DNA from: Squalus acanthias
Lineage: Eukaryota
Assembly: GCA_030390025.1 (NCBI GenBank)
Contig: CM059444.1
Span: 35,712,001 to 35,776,000 of the forward strand
DNA length: 64,000 nt
Reading direction: 5' to 3'
The position numbers and the translations under genes are program-made. The notes under the pieces are model-generated. The model was not told the DNA's origin. It was given only the letters and a program-made list of their open reading frames with translations, and searched no databases. Numbering within the stretch: the first letter of the stretch is position 1; every line of letters begins with the position of its first letter. Shown here piece by piece: positions 23,818 to 36,400 of this stretch.

Positions 23818-24387
23818 CTGGAGAGAGACCATTTCAGCATATAGATTTATTACATCTGCATTATCCAGGTACCATGCCAGACATTATAAAAACATTTCCA
23901 GTAGGTCTAATACAAGGACTTGAACTAGCAAATTGAACATTTCAATTTTGTTTTTAAAAATAACTTCTTTAAAGCACCAGTTATAGTGTACATTTATCTA
24001 ACCACCCCCCTTAAAATTACAGACTACCACTATAAAATTTGGACCGGTCTGAAGATTATGGTATAAAAAGGTGTTGCTGTGCCAGACAGCACTGAGATTT
24101 CAGCTTCCTGCCCCATTAGTACATAATCACAACCATGTTTCTTTCAGGGGGAACATCGATGAAGTGCTCTAGCACTTAGGAGGGGGGGGGGGGGGGGGAA
24201 GAAAGAGATAGGATAGGTTATACAGGGCGATGGCAATCTGGTTATTGATTTCAGAATGGGATTCAGAGTGCAAATAGAATGGGCCTAATACCGCAGAACA
24301 AGGATGGTGCAGATAACACATTCCAAAGAGACCAAGAACAAAGGCTTATGGCAATGTGAAAGTAAAATCCATGCTTTGTGCACTCAC

Positions 24388-24465
24388 CTTATGACGTCCT
24401 GCAACCTTTGCCACATATACCACAGAGTAAGTCTTGTTCTTGTCATTGTTGTTGGTCACCTTTGC
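24388..24465 (-). CDS. FLNB: FLNB exon 6 (78 nt; AKVTNNNDKNKTYSVVYVAKVAGRHK)
   Basis: Translated by hand; cAG / GTGAGT. Confidence 0.95.
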
Positions 24466-24529
24466 CTGGCAGGAATGAAGAACATTAGAACCTCTGCAAT
24501 GTCTTTATCACATGAATACATTTCAGACA

Positions 24530-24686
24530 CTCTGAATAGAGCCATGGCATCTTTTAGATCCAAGGCGGCACCTCTTGATGGAGCACTTCCTCAGTACTAC
24601 ACTGAAGTGTCAGCCCAGATTACATGCTCAGGTCGAGAACAGGGCTTGAACCTATGAACTTGAGACTCGGTGAAAGTGCTACTGAG
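24530..24686 (-). mobile_element. DeuSINE-like SINE, 5' fragment
   Basis: Similar to the head portion of 43291-43746 (ctcagtact..actg, gtcagcc.ag, cttgaacc). Confidence 0.6.
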
Positions 24687-25535
24687 TTATTGTAATAGCC
24701 TTGTATTTTGCTAGAATGTGATGCAAATTGTTGCTAATAGTCTCTGTACATGTATTCAATCTCAACTAAAAGATTAGTACTTCTGAAGAGACTAGTCTCA
24801 AGGGATTGGTTTAATTTTGGAAGTGTAGACCTGTCCCTATTGACATTGATTTTTAAATAAATTGCAAACAGTACCAATGAAAAAATTTCAGCAACTGTCC
24901 ATCAAATCTGTATTTCAGTGATCGACATGCCAAATCTGGCAGTCTTGTTGCTATTTGCCTGCAGACACCATATTACATTAAATGACATTTGCTCTTCAGA
25001 GTTCACATTCAATTATAGGGGCTAAAATATATAAACAGTATACACATTATCTGGGAATTTTATTTTTCAATTATCTTGCAGGGTTTGGAGGGGGGGGGTG
25101 GGGGAACAAGTGCCCTTAAACAAAAATAGTTTCAGATATGCAATTACCCCCTTGAACTTGGCTTTGACCACTACCTTCTCAATTTAGGTGGTTCAGACTG
25201 TACAGATCTTTTCCTATATCTTGAGAAAAACTATTTGTATTCATAATCCAGAAATGGATACACTGGATGGTCATTAGCCTGTTACTGTATTCAATGTTAA
25301 ATCTAAGGGCCCAAAGATAACATGGGAATGTTAGGACAGTTCAAGCTGTTGGCTGTGATATGCCCAATATCTGAGCGCGCCATTTTTGGTTTACAAACAC
25401 ATAAAATTTCAGCTTTCAACAATTAACTCCCTAATAATTGTAAATAAATCTTTCAATGCAATTTTACTTTTTTCCCCCCAAACTCGATATTCAGAATGAA
25501 AATGTACTTTTATAAAAGTCAAATTAAGAAATTAC

Positions 25536-25654
25536 CTCTTCTCGCTGACCTTCTGGATCATCCACAAAGACCATCACTTCACCTTGGCCAGCACTGATTG
25601 TTTCAACAGTGAACATAGCAGGACGCATCACAACATTACCCACAGGCTCAATTC
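25536..25654 (-). CDS. FLNB: FLNB exon 5 (119 nt; GIEPVGNVVMRPAMF...EGQREE)
   Basis: ORF track 25524..25727; tAG / GTAAT. Confidence 0.95.
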
Positions 25655-25863
25655 CTACAAGATAGTAAGAGTTTTGTTTAAATAAAATATTAAAAAGGGT
25701 CAGCGTTTTGAAGTATTTTAGCAACAATTCAAGCCAGGGAACTGATCCAGGTAATTTCCAAGCATTACTGAAAAGGAGCTTTCACTCTTCAAACTGGAGA
25801 TACACACATAGCTCACTGCTTCAAATTCAGCTGGTCCATACACGAAGATATACGCACACGTAC

Positions 25864-26011
25864 CTGGACCATAAGCCCTCGCTTTCTTCGGGTTCAACTT
25901 GGGTTTTAAGGGAGCTCCAGGTTTAAGTTTGGCCTTGGGGAACTGTGACAAGTAAGTCATTACCGACTGTTCATCTACATTTTGGTGTATGATTTCCTCT
26001 GGGGCAATCAC
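25864..26011 (-). CDS. FLNB: FLNB exon 4 (148 nt; VIAPEEII...KKARAYGP), end of CH2
   Basis: ORF track 25718..26050; cAG / GTACGT. Confidence 0.97.
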
Positions 26012-27408
26012 CTGAACAGGGATATTAAACAGTGAATACATTAAATTCAAAATAGGATTTTCAATTCATCAAATAACAATTCTATTGTAACCTTTGGACT
26101 AGGCACCAAACCACCAAGGTCAACAATATTTACTTAAAAGGGAGTCTAGATTAGTACCTTGTTTAAAGTACATTACATTTCTAAATATGTATCAAAAAAC
26201 ATTAATAAAAGCCATTTTCTTACTCGAACCAGCATTGCTGTAGCTGTTCTAATGATTTAATCAATTCAGCCACTTAACCTGCTATATAGAGTTCAACAGA
26301 ATTTACAAACTTTGGACATGCTTGAAATGTGATCCATGGCCACCAAAGCCCAGTGGAACACACCAGCTGAATATACAGTATACCCAGCCACTTCTTTTGG
26401 GGTGGGGTGTCACATTGTTCTCGATCAGCCTGCTCTGAAGTTGCAGCCCCCCCATTTACAAACTAATTACACCACAAATCAAATGACCAAAATAACTTGC
26501 ATTTATATAGCAACTTTTACATAGGAACAGTGTTTGCTGATCAAGTAAAGTGTTGGGAAGGGGAGTAGGAAAAAGCAGCTCAATTTCTAATGCTTGCAAT
26601 TTAATAAAGCTGATTGCACACTTCACTCCATATTACCCTTCAGCTGCATCATTTTTTTTTTAAATCACCAAATACTGTAAAATGTCAATTAGTAGAGTTT
26701 ATGATCCAATCATTTGAGAATGCATTTCCAAAAGCTGAATTCTCTTGTCATTTTATCTTTCCCAAAGTAAATTTAGCCACAAGACCACTTCAGTCGATAC
26801 ATTCAGGATAAGGAAAGGATGCACCAACTTGCCCTACACAATCTCATTAGGCCAGAAGTGTTCACGCCGTTCAATTAGTCAGAGTTTGGTTGCAAGATTT
26901 TTTTGAGGCAAGATTTGACAAAAGCAGCACACAAATATTCTTTAGATAAAAATGAGTACTGTTCATAATAATTACAAAAGAAAAACCATTGTGGTAAAGT
27001 ATTAAATTAAAACATTACACCTGCACCACAGTATTTTGAAACTTGCAGAAGTTTTTAAAACTGGTTTCAGTAAACGTTACTGGTTCATGGCTGAAATACC
27101 AGCACTTGATCAATAGTTGAAGTAGATCAGGGCCAAATTATAATTTAGCCAATGAAAACTTGAAAAAGGTTTAGATTATTCAGAATGCCTGTACAAATAG
27201 CTTTTTTTGCAAGCAGCCTCTTTACAATGAAGCAACCAAAACTGCGTACCATTTGAGCCAAGTTGCAACTTTGTCAAGGAACAGAAGAAATTAAAAAAGT
27301 GTGCTGGCTGAACCCAAAATCAGTAACAAACCTCGTTTGCACTATACTCATGATAAATAGTACACTGACAGTTAATTCCTCAATACTATTGCAACTTATT
27401 GCAGTAAA

Positions 27409-28372
27409 TATTCACTATATATAATGATCTAGACGAGGGAACTAGATGTAATATCTCCAAGTTTGCAGATGACACAAAGCTGGGTGGGCGTGTGTGCTGC
27501 AAGGATGCCGAGGAACTCCAGTATGATTTGGACAGGTTGGGTGATTGGGCAGAAGCGTGGCAGATGCAGTATAACGTGGATAAATGCGAGGTTATCCACT
27601 TTGGTGGCAAAAACAGGAAGGCAGACTATTATCTGAATGGCAATAGATTGGGAGAAGGGGAAGTGCAACGAGACCTGGGTGTCCTTGTGCACCAGTCGCT
27701 GAAGGTAAGCATGCAGGTACAGCAGGCGGTTAAGGCGGCAAATGGTATGTTGGCCTTTGTAGCGAGGGTTGGAGTACAGGAACAAGGATGTCTTGCTGCA
27801 GCTGTACAGGGCCTTGGTGAGACCACACCTTGAGTATTGTGCGCAGTTTTGGTCACCTTATCTGAGGAAGGATGTTCTTGCCATGGAGAGAGTGCAGCAA
27901 AGATTCACCAGACTGATACCTGGGATGGCAGGAATGACATGAGGAGAGATTGGGTCGATTGGGCTTATACTCGCTGGAGTTAAGAAGAATGAGAGGGGAT
28001 CTCATTGAAACTTATAAAATTCTAACAGGACTAGACGCAGGAAGGATGTTCCCTGATGGCAGGTGAGTCCAGAACAAGAGGTCACAGTCTAAAGATAAGG
28101 GGTAAGCCATTTAGGACAGAGATGAGGAGGAATTTCTTCACCCAGAGAGTGGTGAACCTGTGGAATTCTCTACCACAGAAGGCAGTGGAGGCCAAGTCAG
28201 TAAATATATTCAAGAAGGCGTTAGATATATTTAAGGCTAAAGGTATCAAGGGATATGGAGAGAAGGCAGGGACAGGGTACTGAGTTTGGATGATCAGCCA
28301 TGATCTCATCGAATGGTGGAGCAGGCTTGAGGGGCCGAATGGCCTACTCCTGCTCCTATCTGTTTCTATGTT
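27409..28372 (+). mobile_element. CR1-clade (HER1-like) LINE, 5'-truncated, RT C-terminus to 3' tail, frameshifted
   Basis: SKFADDTKLGG, WQMQYNVDKCEVIHFG and RRNFFTQRVVNLWNSLP motifs; tail ..tttctatgtt. Confidence 0.92.
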
Positions 28373-28729
28373 GTGTAACCAGAGGCGAGTTAAATTTCTT
28401 GGCAACACTGGGTTAGCAAATTTAAACACAGGAACCAGTCACTACTTGAGTACCCCACCTTAGTTTTTCACAATGCTGTTTAACATGAAAGTGATACAAT
28501 GGCCCATGTCCAATTTTTAGAAGAAACCTTCCTCCTCCTTCCATCCCCCATACCTACCCACCCTGCACCTGCAACCCCCAACCTTCAACTTGTCGTGAGA
28601 TTTAACTATTGGGAAATTGCAGTTGCATAATTCAAAATATAACCCTCAAATCACTGCACGGATAGGGCTTTCAGATTTACCCACAGTATATGCAGTGAGT
28701 TATTTATCAAGTTATAGTTTACTTTTTAC

Positions 28730-28827
28730 CTGTGGTACTCCAAGCCAATCATCCGCTTGCTGCATAGCTTCTCGTGCATTATCCACTGGTTTGGCAGCAT
28801 CCCAGATCTCCCAGTCAGGACACAAAC
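28730..28827 (-). CDS. FLNB: FLNB exon 3 (98 nt; [10 protein letters not shown]...WLGVPQ)
   Basis: ORF track 28712..28942; cAG / GTAAAA. Confidence 0.97.
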
Positions 28828-28872
28828 CTGAAAAGAAAATACTTCTACTGTTAAATATTGACATTATAAGTA

Positions 28873-29302
28873 ATAGAAACATAGAAACATAGAATCTAGG
28901 AGCAGGAGTAGGCCATTCGGCCCGTCGAGCCTGCACCACCATTCAATACGATCATGGCTGATCATTCAAATCCAGTACCCTGTCCCTGCTTTAATCCCCA
29001 CAGTACACATATCCCACCCGACCGCCGTAACCCCACGTATTTAATTCCCCCTAACATATCCCATCCTATCCCCATAACCCCACATATTTAATCCCCCCCT
29101 AACACTAAGGGTCAATTTATCATAGCCAAATCAACCTAACCCGCACATTTTTGGACAGTGGGAGGAAACCGGAGCACCCGGAGGAAACCCACGCAGACAC
29201 GGGGAGAATGTGCAAACTCCACACAGACAGTCACCCGAGGTCAGATTCGAACCCGGGTCTCTGGCGCTGTGAGGCACCAGTGCTAACCACTATGCCACCG
29301 TG
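28873..29302 (-). mobile_element. Full-length HE1-like V-SINE
   Basis: tRNA-derived head (A box TGGCATAGTGG, B box GGTTCGAATC), V-domain (gtggagtttgcacattctccccgtgtctgcgtgggtttcctccggg), CR1/HER1-type tail ending in (tttctatg)n. Confidence 0.88.
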
Positions 29303-29799
29303 ATATTCCTGTCCCTGCCATGTAATCAGGTAGACAGCATATTACACTAGTGCACTCCAGTATATAACATGGCAATGCCACAATCTAGGAATTAGCACTA
29401 ACCGAGAGGTGCAGACAGTGCATTATTTGAAACCCTATAAGTGAACTCTACAAGGTGGTTGGCTCCAAGCTAACAATCTTGATAGCACATCCCTTGGACT
29501 AGCTGAAGATTAGAAATCTTTGTGGGTCCACACTGGCACTCAGTTGTTGATGTTACCGCATTGGTGGACAGATAGGTTAACCAGAATCCAGGACCGTCTA
29601 CTTGGAGGGGGGGGCGGCCCAGGAAAGCCAGGTTGTTTATGTGCATCAAGGGTCAGCTGAAAAAGGTATTGTCTGATTCTCAAACAGGTCATCAGTTCAT
29701 TCTGTCCATAATTGGTGACAGACAAGAAAAAAGTGGGGCTTAAAAAAGTTACAATATTCAAGTCTGTACAGCATAGTTAGTGCTCAACATGGTTCCTAC

Positions 29800-30048
29800 C
29801 AGGGGCACAGCTATCAACCAGAGCACCCAAGGCTTTTCCATCTTTCCAGTCCTTGCTAAAGTTGGTGATTGGCAAATCAGGCAGTTTATTCTGAATCCAT
29901 CCCAATAGTCTCTGTTTGGGTGTCTGGTTCTTGGTGTCATCAGCTCCTTCATCATCCCAAACTGGCATGGAAATAGAGTAGTGAAGAATCAAAGTCCATA
30001 TGAGTCCAAGAATGAGTTTCAGATTTCCATCCACAATGGCTTTGCTGT
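29800..30048 (-). CDS. FLNB: FLNB exon 2 (249 nt; [27 protein letters not shown]...DSCAP)
   Basis: ORF track 29777..30073; CH1/CH2 signature; cAG / GTAGGA. Confidence 0.97.
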
Positions 30049-30139
30049 CTGAAAAACAAACAAACAGTACCATTTAATAAGCATGTGGGGGGGGGAATCA
30101 AATTTGTATATTTTTTACACACTTTAATTTACATGGAAG

Positions 30140-30395
30140 TGTGGCAGTTGCTAGCAAGACTGGCATTTACTGCCCATCCCAGTTGCCCTGAGAAGGTGGA
30201 GGTTCAATACAAATGAATGGCTTGTTAGGACATTAGGAGCCAACTGTGCTTGGCATGGGACTGTAGTCATGTAGGCCAGATCAGGTAAGCATGGCAGGTT
30301 TCCTCCTCAGTTCCATGGTGAAATTTAAACTCAATCTCTGGATTAATCACCCAGGCCTCTGGATTACCAGTTCAGTAATTTAACCACTACACAAC
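30140..30395 (-). mobile_element. Degenerate tRNA-headed SINE sharing its tail with the LINE at 45586
   Basis: Minus strand begins gtgtagtggtta...ggtaatccagag and ends ccttctcagggcaactgggatgggcagtaaatgccagtcttgc. Confidence 0.55.
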
Positions 30396-31084
30396 CACAC
30401 CTAATATTGTTAGCAATATTAACAGTAATATCAGAACTGATCAATCTCTTGCACTGAAGGAACACCAAAAAAAGTTATTTCAGCACTGGACTGTTTCCTC
30501 TTTGGCACATTCACCATAAAAAGTAAACACTTGCTGCAAACACCACTCAAGTGCCTGAATTTGATGACCTAGCACTTTCTACATTGAGAATGTTCATTAC
30601 AATGTGTTGTAAAAACAATTCTATGCATTTTGAACAAAGATCCGGTTAACCTAATTGTCCACACAAGTTCCTTTCTCCCTAAAGTTGAACTTAAAGACTG
30701 CAATCATGGATAATTGAGGGGAAAAAAAGCTATTCCGATCCCTTAGAGGCAAAAGCATGGATTTAGTCATATTGTCAGCACACACACACCCCTCTCCCTT
30801 GCACTCTATTGTTATAGAAAATTTCAGCCAACAAATTCACAATAGGTACAGAAAATGTACCAAAAATCAACAGGTAGCACAAAAAACCACCATTTAATAT
30901 CGTTAAAAAACTTCATTAAAAAAAAAACAGCCAAGAGCTACCAACAGCCAAGACCAGAACATGAAGCCATTTGCTCAGAGCCTGCAAGCTTCTGTGCAAA
31001 CTCCTACACATTTAAGTACATGTGGACAGCAAAGCTAGACTGTCAGAACATGCCAGTTTTGTAAGCATTCTCCATCGTTCACTC

Positions 31085-31531
31085 CCTCAGCTTGGCTTAG
31101 GGATGGCACTCTCATCCAAGTCAGAATGCTGTCTTTTCCAACCACACTCCAGGCAGACACTTTTATTGCTGTTCTGATGTAGTGCCGCATTGTCAAGAGG
31201 TGCATTCCTTCAGATGAGCCATTAAATTGGGGCCCCATCTGTCTGTTCAAGTGGCTACAAGAGCACTCTGACTTCTCAAAATCTCTGCAGTCCTCCAATT
31301 CTGGCCTCTTGCAGATCAGATTTTCATCACACCATTAGCAGCCATGCCTTCAGCTGCCTCGGCCCCAAGCTCTGGAATTCACACCCTAAACACCTCCACC
31401 GCCTAACCTTTTCTCTAATTTTTGGTCACTTGTCCTAATGTGACTGTCAAAATTGGTTTGGTAACACTCCAGTGAAGCACCTTGGGATGTTTTACTATGT
31501 TAAAGGTGCTATATAAATGCAAGTTGTTGTT
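31085..31531 (+). mobile_element. DeuSINE head fragment followed by an L2 LINE 3' end
   Basis: Deu-like gatgag..attaaa..ggggccccatctg, then L2 tail ttaaaggtgctatataaatgcaagttgttgttg. Confidence 0.65.
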
Positions 31532-32340
31532 GCTCTTAATTTGTAATATCTTAAGAACCATACTTCCCTATTTAACAAAGGCTAAAAAATTACTAAAATA
31601 TAAAGAAATCAATAGTTGTAGATCAGTATACTTCAAGTCAGTCAGTAACTGTTTAAGCAAAAGAATGCATTCTTGTTGCCTTTAACAAAATAAAGCATGC
31701 ATGAAGTTAACTTGGAGGTAGCCAAAACTCTCTGGTCGCTTTCCTGAAGAAAATAAATGGAGGTAATCACAAGATGTGACAGATTAAACTACTTGAAATT
31801 AGGCATTGTTTAATCTTTATATTTTGTAATTATTCTAAAATGGTTACCAGCTGCATTTATGTTTATAAATTGAGAAACAACTAAATGATTAATTTGAAAC
31901 AAGTTCTGAAAGGACTACCATTATTCAAGTTTGGAAAGAGAATTCAGAAAAAAGTCCTACAGTTAAATATGTTTAAGCATGTCCTTTTAGTAACACCAAG
32001 CAGTACTGTGAAATTGGCTTAGAAAACAGCATTTTTAGTCCAACATTTCTTAACTTGCATTATAGAACAAAAATCAATCTGAAAATGAATGCACAGTAGA
32101 AAAGTTATGCTCTCAGTTACACTGAGTTATGTAAAGGGTGGGGGGGGGGGGGGGGGGAGAAGCACCCATCTGTAGCAGGCAAGACCATTTCTGGAACACA
32201 AAAACTTACTGTACAGTCTCCAAGGAGATATTGAACTTCTATTCCAAGTCACTTGGAATTTGTGTACCCTTCTACTTCCACAACCCAGCACCAAACCTCC
32301 ACCCACTCTTGAAATTTGTAGAGTGATCCTGGTGAAGCTG

Positions 32341-33030
32341 TACTATTACCCTAGTTGCCAGGAGGTGGTTGCAGCAGGCCTGCTCCTGGAACCACTGCAC
32401 TCCTTGGCTAACGGTACTAGGTAGGGAATTGCAGGTTTTTGACCCAATGTCAACAAAGGAACAGCAATATGTCCTCATCAGTATGGTGTGCAATTTGGAG
32501 GGTAATATACAGGTGATGGCGCTCCCACGATATTAGTGCTTGTCCTTTTGTGGTAGAGGTCACAGGGTTGGGAGGTGCTTTTGAAGCAAGTTTCTATTGC
32601 AGCCATGGTGTTAATTTGCTAGTCCAGTTAAGCTGGTCCCCAGGATGCCAATACTGGGTGACTGATGGCAGTGACATCAAGAGGTCAAGGAAGGTTGCTG
32701 GGCCTTTGCTGGAGATGGCAATTACCAGCCAATTGTCAGCTCAAGCCTAGATGTTAGCCACATTCTGCTGTAGGCTAGCATGGGCTGCTTAATGGAGTTA
32801 TGGAAGGAGCTGAACACTAAATAGTTAGGAAATAGTCTCACTCCTGACTTATAAAAAAGGCCGTTGATTAAGCAGCTGAAGACACTTCCCTGAAGTCTTG
32901 CAGTGATATCCTGCGACTAGGAGGATTGGTAATCACGACCGTTCCTGCATCAGGTATAACACCCACTGACTTGTTTTACTGGGGCTCCTTGGTACCCTAC
33001 TTGCCCAAATGCTGCTTGGATATCAAAAAG
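32341..33030 (-). mobile_element. Degenerate LINE 3' fragment (same family as 45586-45870)
   Basis: Reverse-complement similarity: ttgacccaatg...aaggaacagc.atat, gtgatggcgctccca. Confidence 0.6.
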
Positions 33031-33051
33031 GAGCTACCCTCATCTTTTACA

Positions 33052-33240
33052 ATAGCAAAATACTGCAGATGCTGGAAATCTGAAACAGAAAGTGCTGGAA
33101 ACACTCAGGTCAGGCAGCATCAATGAGAGGAGAAAGAGAGTCGTCAACGTTTCGGGTCAAACCCTTCGTCAGAACTGGAAAAGGTTAGGAGACTTTTACG
33201 CAGGGGCAGGGAGGAAAGAACAAAGGTCTGTGATGGGATG
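33052..33240 (-). mobile_element. Penelope-like pseudo-LTR fragment containing a hammerhead-like motif
   Basis: Minus strand ttccagttctgacgaagggtttgacccgaaacgttgac...gatgctgcctgacctgagtgtttccagca; homologous to 11190-11277. Confidence 0.75.
33143..33178 (-). ncRNA. Minimal type-I hammerhead ribozyme-like motif (Penelope-associated)
   Basis: CUGACGA-A-[GGGU uug ACCC]-GAAA-CG-UU, with palindromic ACGU helix III and a short helix I (guu/gac). Confidence 0.55.
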
Positions 33241-34720
33241 GATCTCTTTACCCTCATCTCTTCTTCGGCATTCAGCTCTAGCATTCATGTCTAGATCAAG
33301 GCTGATCAACAGCAAGCCTGACTCACCATGATCAACATCACAGATCTGCTCGATCACAAAATTTAAAAACCCAGCACCACATCCCACTGCTCTTACAGCA
33401 TGTTGATGCAGTGCTAAAATTTAACTTCCTCTGTTATTTCAAAAGCAACAGTAATTGTGTTCAAGTCAAAAGATCCAAGTATATAAAATAGCAGAGTTCT
33501 TCACTAGCCATGGCCAAAAAAGTGTAAATTCTGATCCTCTGATCCCAAGATAAAGCAATATAGTAAAATCTCAACATACTAAAATGTACTCTAGTGCAAG
33601 TGCTCTCTAGCCTCATCCAGTCAAAGGGGTGGGGGGGGGGGGGGGGGGGGGGTGCAAAAATAATTCAAGCCTTTCATGCAATCTGTAGCTTGTTTCAGAG
33701 CAGGACTGGTAGATGCTAGGCAAAGGTGAATAGCAACTGCAGATTGTACCAGATCCCTGTAGAGCTCCAGCAGACACATTCCAGCCTTGTAGCAATGGAG
33801 GTATTACCTGAACAATGAGGTTCCCATTAAATCTTTTGGCTTTTATGCAATAAATTCGCACTAATCTGACCAAGTCCTTGAACTGCTGGGCACAATTTGT
33901 TGTGCCAAATGTTCAAAATCAGTAAAGTACTGTAATGCCTGGATGAAAATGCTTATTTTGGGACATAAACTAGCAAGGTCATTAGATGGTCTGGCATTCA
34001 GCCACTCAATTCAGGCAGAAACCACTTAAGTCAGACACCCAGTTGTTGCTACACTCAATAGGAGTAGACAAAGTTAAAATCAACACACTAATTGAATCAG
34101 ATTCCACATTAAACAGGATGGGTGTGGTTTTATTTGTAACTGCAAACAAACCGTAACTAGAGTTGGGTGTGCACCCAGCCCAGTAGTGCTGAACTATGAA
34201 AGTTGACACCCCCTTCATTTGCCTACCTATTGTTCCACTTGAGGCTCAAGATTCATTGTATTAATTTACCAAAAGGTGAGGAATCCAGTTAGTTCATGCA
34301 CCAATTAATAGATTTTAAATGTAGAATATTTAAGTAAAAAAAAAATTCTGCCACTTCAGGAAAAAGCTTCATTGATGCATTCCAGGTACTAGACAGAATC
34401 TTAAATCACCAGACATCACTAACAATTCACAGGTTTGTCAAGAACAAATCCAGAATCACTTCTATAGACCATACAAGGCATTTAACAACTTTGCCAAACA
34501 TAATCCATGTTGGGTAGAAGAGTGATCGACTCATTTGAAAAATAAACCCCATCAACAGTTTAGTAAAAACTGAACACAGGATGCCATTTTACAGTAAATA
34601 TAAACCAGTTAAATGAAGCATCAATTTTGATCAAGTAAAAGGCCATTTGTCCCTGGGCCACAAATCTACCCCACCACCACCACTCATTCCAAATTAGATA
34701 TGGCATGAGGAAAAAAAATT

Positions 34721-35062
34721 CAAAAGCACTGGACAGCCAATTAAGTACTTTTGAAGTTTAGTCACTGTAGTAATGTAGAAAATGCAGCAGCCAACTTGCA
34801 CACAGCAAAATTCCAAAGAGATAATGGCCAGATAATCAGTTTTCTTCAGTGATGGCAGTTGAGGGATAAATATTGACCAGGACAAATAAATATTGACCAG
34901 GACACTGGGTAGAACATTCCTTCCCATTCAAATTGGGCAATTGGATTTTTACATCCACCCAAGAGCAGTTTAACGTTTCTTCCTAAAGACAGCACATCCA
35001 ACAGTGCAGCGCTCCCTCAGTACTGCACTGAAGCATCACCCAGATTGTGTGGTCAAATCTCA
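34721..35062 (-). mobile_element. DeuSINE-like SINE, partial, with a ~21-bp internal tandem duplication
   Basis: Homologous to 43291-43746; ataaatattgaccaggaca occurs twice at about 34866-34905. Confidence 0.75.
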
Positions 35063-36129
35063 GAGATAGATCCACCTCCATAATGAATCAATCCCTGGTC
35101 AATTACTACCTACTGTCCAATAATATTTCTCCTTTTCCTCCCTAAAACTAGCAGAAACTATTTTGCCTATTTGATTATCTTTACATTGCCCTACAACTCC
35201 ATTCCTAGATTGTAATAACCTATGTCTTTTAAAATAGTGTTAAATTAAGCAAGCATAAACTACCCCAAAACTGCACACAATCTCAAATGTGGCTTCATGT
35301 TTTTGCTATACAAATTAAGGTTAGATCTTTATAAAGTCATAACAAATGTGCAGAGGAAGGCAATTCAATCAATCCTTCCAGAAAGACCCCACAGTTTCTT
35401 AAAATGCTGAGTTTTCACCTCTACTACCCTACCCAGAAGTCCATTTCACATCTTTACCAGTTACACCCACTTAAATATTTTCTGATTTAAGCACCACCTT
35501 TCAGCCAATTGCTTAACCATTCCCAAATTATACCATGAATCCCCACTGCCTTTGGCTGTCAAATGCCTTTTAGAAGTCTGGATACACCAAACCATCAGTC
35601 TTTCAACAAGAGGTAATTTCTTCAAAGTCAGTGGTTGGTTTAGACTTGGGCAAGTTCTCCAGAGGTACATCTGGTATTTGCTTAGCTTTTCCAAAACCTG
35701 GTACATAAAGCCTTTTGTATTTAAAAAAGAGACACAGCTGATGTTGGTTGAATGTTTCATCTGCTACTTACTGTGCATCCTGACAATGAAACAAAGGTGA
35801 CACCTATTTCCAAAGTGGTTGGGTGAACATGGTCCCTTTGTAACTTGTTTCAACTCAGTTTCCTCCTCAGTTCCTTTTAACTCTGAACATCCCACCCCAA
35901 AAAAAAAGCCAAGCCAGTATTAGATTAAATCTAGTGTCATGCATCCACAGAATCCAGTGTTTTTGGGTGACCAATTTTTTTTTTTTTTTTTAGGGCAGTG
36001 TTTTCACCCCCCACATTTATCTTTGTCAACCCATAAAGGTTAATTTTGCTTGATTAAAGCTGCATTAGGTTCTAAAGTTGAGAAGGCATGTTTTTAAAAA
36101 AAACCATATCCCAAGGAAAAAAAGTGAAA

Positions 36130-36400
36130 TTAAAAAAAATATCTATTCTCCAGATATGGGCATCACTGACAAGGCCAACATAGTGCCCATCCCTAGTTGT
36201 CCAGAGGTGCTGGGCCTTCCTGAACTGCTGTACTCCATGTACTGAAGGTGCTCCCACAATACTGTTTAGGTGGGAGAGTTCCAGGATTTTGACCCAGCAA
36301 CAAAGTCACAGTGGTATGCCCAAGTTAGGATGGTGATCCCATGCACCTGCTGCACTATCCTAGGTGGTTTGGGAGGTGTTGCAAAGAAGCCTTGGCACCT
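36130..36400 (-). mobile_element. LINE 3' tail fragment (family of 45586-45870)
   Basis: Reverse complement of gggtcaaaatcctggaactc...gtgggag.accttca and tail. Confidence 0.65.

Larger units (their letters stand above)
626..30048 (-). other. FLNB: Filamin B gene, span of coding exons visible in the window (exon 2 to alternative exon 26); gene continues beyond both window ends
   Basis: Spliced translation gives the CH1 end/CH2 actin-binding domain plus tandem filamin Ig repeats. FLNB-type sequences include [36 protein letters not shown] and IIDNYDYS. Exon sizes and phases match human FLNB as recalled. Confidence 0.95.

Noticed and set aside
29230-29302. tRNA gene (also 43675-43746)
   Set aside because: A/B boxes belong to SINE heads that continue into V or Deu domains and LINE tails; no proper cloverleaf end
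626-30048. FLNA or FLNC identity, or a pseudogene
   Set aside because: Diagnostic residues and the 31-aa cassette fit FLNB. All splice sites and all but one exon are intact, so a single indel does not justify a pseudogene call.
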